The position numbers and the translations under genes are program-made. Source: Vampirovibrio sp. (GTDB taxonomy: Bacteria > Cyanobacteriota > Vampirovibrionia > Vampirovibrionales > Vampirovibrionaceae). Taken from it: 44,127 nucleotides of DNA. Location: NCBI GenBank assembly GCA_027448865.1, contig DAIDMR010000329.1, positions 1 to 44,127 on the forward strand, read 5' to 3'. A model generated the notes under the pieces. That model had not been told where the DNA came from, made no database searches, and was given only the letters and a program-made list of their open reading frames with translations. Shown in pieces: positions 39,245 to 44,127 of the stretch. Each line of letters opens with the position of its first letter. The first letter of the stretch is position 1.

Positions 39245-39997
39245 ATGCCAGCCAGTTCTTCCACCCACCTTCAGGGGCAAGTCGCCATTATCACCGGGGC
39301 CAGCCAGGGCATTGGGCAAGCCATCGCCCACCATCTGGCCCCCTTGGGGATTCATCTGGTTTTATGCGCCCGCAACGTGGAAAAATTAGCTCAACTCTCC
39401 CACGATTTGGCGCTGGCCCACCCCAACGTGCAAACCCTCCCCCTGGCCTGCGATGTGCGAGATGTCGAACAGGTGCAACGGGTCATTGAAACCACCCAGA
39501 AAACCTTCGGTAAAATTGATGTCCTGATCAACAACGCTGGCGTGGCGGCCAAATTGGGCCTGCTTCAGGAAATGAGCATTGCCGATATCGATCGCACCAT
39601 TGATACCAACCTGAAAGGGGCCATTTACTTTATGCACGGAGTGTTGCCGGTCATGGTGCAACAGACGGGCGGCATTATCATCAACATCAACTCGGTGGCC
39701 GGAAAAACCGCTTACCCCTTCTGGGGCGTCTACGATGCCTCCAAATTTGGCCTGTACGCCATTACCGAGGCCGTGGCCGAAGAGCAGCGCAGCAACAACA
39801 TCAAGGTCATTGGCATCTATCCCGGCGCGGTGGATACCGCCATCTGGCAAGGGCTGCACACCGATGACGCCGCACCAAAACGGGAAGGTATGCTGGACCC
39901 GGAACACGTGGCCGAAGCGGTGACCTATATCCTGAACCAGCCGGAGAAAGTGTTCATCAAGGATTTGACCCTGACCCCCCTCAAGCCACTGGTATAG
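39245..39997 (+). CDS. Short-chain dehydrogenase/reductase
   Basis: TGASQGIG, NNAG, S..YDASK catalytic motif, PGAVDT. Confidence 0.94.
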   Translation: MPASSSTHLQGQVAIITGASQGIGQAIAHHLAPLGIHLVLCARNVEKLAQLSHDLALAHPNVQTLPLACDVRDVEQVQRVIETTQKTFGKIDVLINNAGVAAKLGLLQEMSIADIDRTIDTNLKGAIYFMHGVLPVMVQQTGGIIININSVAGKTAYPFWGVYDASKFGLYAITEAVAEEQRSNNIKVIGIYPGAVDTAIWQGLHTDDAAPKREGMLDPEHVAEAVTYILNQPEKVFIKDLTLTPLKPLV

Positions 39998-40124
39998 AGA
40001 CTTGTATAGAGGCAGTCAATCGGGTGTGTTTCTCTTCATAAGCAAGTAGAAATGATCAGGCATCAAATTCCAGTGAGCGACGTTTAAACCATCGTTCATC
40101 GCCCCACTGGAAGCCCCCTGTACC

Positions 40125-40916
40125 ATGCCCTTTGCCTCTCTCTTTTTCGTGCCCGACAGAATATCCGCCACTTTGACGGGACTCCTCAACCGACCAACCC
40201 CCAATCCAAATCGGGAAAAATCTTTTGCCGTGCTTCGGGAGACCTGCCAAACCCTACAGCGTCAAACAACACGTTGGCTGAGCGGGGCATTGATTGTACT
40301 GGGTCTCTGCACCCTCTACGATCAGGGGGTGGGAGATGGCAAACTCCCCAGCTTCAATGATCTATCCGGTATCCGGGAAATCCGGAGCGCAGCCCGACAA
40401 AACAGCTCCCGGAACCTGAAAGCCCCCGCCAACTGGCAACCCCTCTCCGGCGGTCGCAGCCTGCTACTGGCCCTTTCCCCGCCATTGGCGCACTGGTTGT
40501 ATCAACTGCATCATCAGCGAAAAATTGTTTATGTAACCCCTGCGCACTGGCAGTCTGCTTACGGACAATCTTCAGAGACCCCCCTGTTGGCCGCCTATGA
40601 GCCGTGGAGCGGGAAGCTTTATATTGGCACGGCTTTTTGGGCCCTGGACGACGGGGAAAAAGCGGCTATTTTGGCCCATGAGTATCGCCACGCCCGGCAA
40701 AACTGGCCCAAAGTGATCAGTCATCGGCTGGCCCAATGGTTGATCCACGGACAATTGCAATACCACACCCCGCTAGAGAGCGAGGCCTTTGACTATGAGC
40801 GTCAGGCCCGGGCCGCATTGGGCCTGTCTCCACTAACAGCCCAACGATCGCCCCAGGGCAAACAGTGGCATCGTGCCGCCATGCAGACAGGCAATCCGGA
40901 CGGACAAGGCGTATAA
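40125..40916 (+). CDS. Membrane-anchored putative zinc metallopeptidase
   Basis: One TM segment; LAHEYRH followed by ESEA; start uncertain. Confidence 0.6.
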   Translation: MPFASLFFVPDRISATLTGLLNRPTPNPNREKSFAVLRETCQTLQRQTTRWLSGALIVLGLCTLYDQGVGDGKLPSFNDLSGIREIRSAARQNSSRNLKAPANWQPLSGGRSLLLALSPPLAHWLYQLHHQRKIVYVTPAHWQSAYGQSSETPLLAAYEPWSGKLYIGTAFWALDDGEKAAILAHEYRHARQNWPKVISHRLAQWLIHGQLQYHTPLESEAFDYERQARAALGLSPLTAQRSPQGKQWHRAAMQTGNPDGQGV

Positions 40917-41000
40917 TAAACAGGGGGGTCAACAGAAAAAAATCGAAGCTGATTTCGACTTTCTGACCGGCCCGGCTATGTTGAATGGGGACTGAGCGCT

Positions 41001-42701
41001 ATGAGTATCGCACCTGCCATCGAAAACGATTCCGCCTTTCTGGACGCGCTGGAAGAAGCGTTTGCCAGCTCGAACAAAGATTTTGCCAGAGCCTACTATC
41101 TGTTTGCCACGGCCAAACTGGCAGAGACCTACAATTCGCAGGAAATTTACGCCAAGTACCCCATTCTCAGCGATGAGGCCACCTTTCATCGCCTCAAAAA
41201 ACTATACGACCAAAACCCGCAGCACGAAGAAACCAAGCGTTTATTCACCTCGGTGCTGGGCACCTATATTGGCAGCCAACTGGCCGCCCTGTCGGATGCG
41301 TTTCAGAACGCCAAGAATCAGCTAAAAATTCAGGTGGGCGATCTGGGGCTAAAAAATGGCAACGGGGAACGCATTGAAGAGCTCTTGTATGAAGATGTCT
41401 CGGAATGGTTGAAAAAAACCGCCAACAAAGCCACCCGGCAAGCCTTGTACGATCGCATGGCTCAGGCCTACACCGACAATCTGTCCGGCAAGTTTATTGA
41501 ACTGTTTGAAAAAGAAAATCGCCTGCTGGCAGCCTTGGGCTACCACAACGTCATTGACTTCTACAGCCACACCAGCGGCCACGACCTGAAAAAGCTGGGA
41601 GACAACGGCAAAAAACTGGTCACGGAGACCCAGGCCCTCTACACCCGCTTGATGGGACAGCATTATCAAGCGGTCACCGGGCTGGATTTTGCCACTGCGG
41701 CCACCCGCGCCGATATTTCCTATGTCCTGCACGGACACGCCTCCCCGGAGATGGACGCCATTAACCGGCAATTCCCGCAAAGCAAGCTGGTGCCGTTGGC
41801 CACCCAAACCTTTGACGGCCTGGGGCTGGATTTTTCCACCATCGCCCAACCCGCGGATTTCGAAAATCGGGACGCCTACGAGCAGGCCGTGGTTCAAAAA
41901 ACGGATCAGTTCGACCGCAGCCAGCCAGCCTTACGCCGCATTCTTCTGGATATCGCCAACCGGGAAGGCAAGCGATCCAGAGCGTATGTATACCCCGCAG
42001 CAGTGCCCGCTGAAATCTATCTGTCAGTCAAACCCGAGGGGGGGCTGGATGATTACTCGGCCTTTTTCCATGAATCTGGTCATGCCCAGCACTTTGCCTA
42101 CGAAAAACCGGAACTCAGCTTCGCCATGGCCTTAATGGGCAACAACACCACCACGGAAAGCTATGCCTACCTGTTCCAGAATCTGTTTATGAACGCCCAC
42201 TGGCTGACCCACATGGCAGGACTGACGCCGGAGCAGGCCCAATTGGCGGTTCAACGGCGCGCCCTGGAAGATTTATACATGCTGCGCCGCTATGCCAGCA
42301 AAATGCAGTTTGAGTTAGCCCTGTTTGCGGATGTCAATGAGCCGGGTTACACCCTGAGCGACAAAGGGGCCATTTATGCCGGGTTGCTGAGCCTGGGCTG
42401 CGGCTTTAAATACGATGCTGAAGGCTGGACCCGCGATGTGGACGCCGGGTTTTACGTGGCCGACTACTTTACGGCCTGGAGCCTGGAAGCCCAGCTCAGA
42501 GAGTACCTGTGCCAGCACTTTGGCACCCCGGGAACAAACGGGGAAGACTGGTACGCCAACCCCAAAGCGGGCGCCTTTCTGAAAGCCCTGTGGGCTGATG
42601 GGAATTTGCCCCAGCAAGCGTTAAGCGATCGCTTGGGCTATCACGATCCAACGGATTTAGAGCCACTGCTGCGGTTTATGAATACCCACTTGCAAGAATA
42701 G
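41001..42701 (+). CDS. M3/gluzincin-like zinc metallopeptidase
   Basis: FFHESGHAQH plus downstream TESYA; FY.ADYF near the C-terminus. Confidence 0.75.
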   Translation: MSIAPAIENDSAFLDALEEAFASSNKDFARAYYLFATAKLAETYNSQEIYAKYPILSDEATFHRLKKLYDQNPQHEETKRLFTSVLGTYIGSQLAALSDAFQNAKNQLKIQVGDLGLKNGNGERIEELLYEDVSEWLKKTANKATRQALYDRMAQAYTDNLSGKFIELFEKENRLLAALGYHNVIDFYSHTSGHDLKKLGDNGKKLVTETQALYTRLMGQHYQAVTGLDFATAATRADISYVLHGHASPEMDAINRQFPQSKLVPLATQTFDGLGLDFSTIAQPADFENRDAYEQAVVQKTDQFDRSQPALRRILLDIANREGKRSRAYVYPAAVPAEIYLSVKPEGGLDDYSAFFHESGHAQHFAYEKPELSFAMALMGNNTTTESYAYLFQNLFMNAHWLTHMAGLTPEQAQLAVQRRALEDLYMLRRYASKMQFELALFADVNEPGYTLSDKGAIYAGLLSLGCGFKYDAEGWTRDVDAGFYVADYFTAWSLEAQLREYLCQHFGTPGTNGEDWYANPKAGAFLKALWADGNLPQQALSDRLGYHDPTDLEPLLRFMNTHLQE

Positions 42702-42850
42702 GGCGCGATAGGAGAAATGGTCATAAAGGTTTAATTTCTGATAAACTAATCCATAAAAAGTATATTCAGATAAATAGCCTTGCGATTCCGCATGCTTCTG
42801 AAAACCTTAAAACAGCCAAAACCCCCAGGGAAAGTGATTCAACACGTATT

Positions 42851-43786
42851 ATGCTTGCCATCAAAAGCCAAAATGGCGCTTTGCTGCTGGAAATCGCCGC
42901 TGAAAATCTGCTTTACGCGGATTTAAGCGGTCAAGAGCTGCCGAATGCGGAATTCTGTCACTCCGTGCTGTTTAATTCCAATCTCTCGGGGGCCAATCTT
43001 GCCAATGCCAATTTTCGGGGTGCCAACCTGGGCAACAGCACTCTAAAAGAGGCGAATTTAAGCAAAGCCATTTTCAAAGGGGCCAAACTGGAGGGCGCCA
43101 ACCTGAGCAGCGCCATGCTGGAGAAAGCCAACCTGTCCACCGCGCACTGCGTAAAAACCAACTTTACCAGCGCCAATTTGCGGCTGGCCGATCTCAGCCA
43201 ATCCGATTTTGGACAGGCCACTTTGGTCAAAGCTTACCTGGAAATGGCCGAACTGTGGGAGGGCAAGTTTGCCCACGCCAATTTTACGGAAGCCCATCTG
43301 GTCAAAGCCAACTTTTTAAAGGCACAGGCCCACTCTGCCGTATTTGTTCAGGCCAACATGGACAAAGCCGACCTGGAGATGGCCCAGATGGGCTGGGCCG
43401 ATCTGACTCAGGCCAGCCTGCAGGGAGCCTTGATGCGGAACGCCAAGTTCCCTTCAGCCATCCTTCACCGGGCCAACTTACAGCAGGCCAACCTGAACCA
43501 GGCCCAATTCACCCAGGCCAGTCTATGCGACGCTTCCCTCCAGGGCGTTAAAGCCTTTCAGACCAATTTCAGCCAGGCCAATTTAAAAGGGGCCGATCTC
43601 AGCAGGGCGTCTCTGCAAGGGGCGATTTTCACCCTGGCGAATCTGGAAAACACCAATCTCAAAGGGGCTGACCTGCAAGGGGCCATCCTGAAAGGGGCCA
43701 AATACAACGACAACACCGTCTTTCCAAACGATATCAAACCGGAACAACAAGGCCTGATTTACGTAAAACTCATTGAACAAAATTAA
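42851..43786 (+). CDS. Pentapeptide repeat protein
   Basis: Long run of ANL-type repeats; AKYNDNTVFP cap. Confidence 0.93.
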   Translation: MLAIKSQNGALLLEIAAENLLYADLSGQELPNAEFCHSVLFNSNLSGANLANANFRGANLGNSTLKEANLSKAIFKGAKLEGANLSSAMLEKANLSTAHCVKTNFTSANLRLADLSQSDFGQATLVKAYLEMAELWEGKFAHANFTEAHLVKANFLKAQAHSAVFVQANMDKADLEMAQMGWADLTQASLQGALMRNAKFPSAILHRANLQQANLNQAQFTQASLCDASLQGVKAFQTNFSQANLKGADLSRASLQGAIFTLANLENTNLKGADLQGAILKGAKYNDNTVFPNDIKPEQQGLIYVKLIEQN

Positions 43787-43822
43787 TCACTGCCTAGCGG
43801 AAGGATCTTGCCAAGATCGCTC

Positions 43823-44127
43823 CTAGGCGGAGGCGACCTGACAATACAGATCCGGTAAATTGTCCCGCTTACGCTCGTCAAAAGGCTGGTGAGACAAATA
43901 GCGCTCAATATACCCCCCCCCAAACAACTGCCTGAACGCTGTATCGTAAAAGGCAGCAATCTGGCCCGGGGTAATGGCGGATTGAGCAGTATGCAACGTC
44001 ACTTTCAAACTTCTAGCGGCGTAATCCAACCACTCCACTCGGCCCAACACCGGCGGGGAGTTGTAGCGAATCTTCACCATCAAGTCTTGCGGGAAGGCGT
44101 TCGGTTCGTCCCGTCCGGGGACTAGCC
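43823..44127 (-). CDS. mnmA: tRNA 2-thiouridylase MnmA, C-terminal part (runs off the window)
   Basis: VKIRY...QSAITPGQIAAFYD...LFGGGYI; frame open to the window end. Confidence 0.88.
   Translation of the reverse strand, partial: LVPGRDEPNAFPQDLMVKIRYNSPPVLGRVEWLDYAARSLKVTLHTAQSAITPGQIAAFYDTAFRQLFGGGYIERYLSHQPFDERKRDNLPDLYCQVASA

Overview
A mostly housekeeping bacterial chromosomal segment with about 47 CDS and no CRISPR, rRNA, tRNA or intact transposase. The mix of a cyanobacterial-type SmtA metallothionein, pentapeptide-repeat proteins, flagellar motor genes and many low-complexity orphan proteins suggests a non-photosynthetic cyanobacterial relative (Vampirovibrionia/Melainabacteria); this is inference. 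Recognisable genes: a class A PBP (5' truncated), DUF366, rnpB (RNase P RNA), engB, fabI, smtA, the motA-motB-fliL-fliM-fliY cluster, acyl-CoA dehydrogenase, proline dehydrogenase, cca-bioD-murJ, ubiX, dppBC-like permeases, trpG/pabA, prs, dinB, DUF3228, an SDR, two Zn-peptidases and mnmA (truncated). Most notable unexplained signals: (1) two diverged copies (15043-15190, 33053-33198) of an ~147-bp element with long compensated inverted arms around a gap-free 84-nt conserved core; (2) three phased Fur-type boxes over the promoter of an uncharacterised multi-pass membrane protein; (3) an unannotated 42-aa microprotein that copies the N-terminal domain of a neighbouring winged-helix-like protein; (4) a (GA)19 tract at a translation start; (5) a FliY with both catalytic Asn replaced by Ser; (6) a structured leader or sRNA upstream of motA; (7) a 38-nt inverted duplication at the window start; (8) many 12-17 bp tandem duplications at gene boundaries. 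All calls come from reading the sequence by eye; no searches were run.
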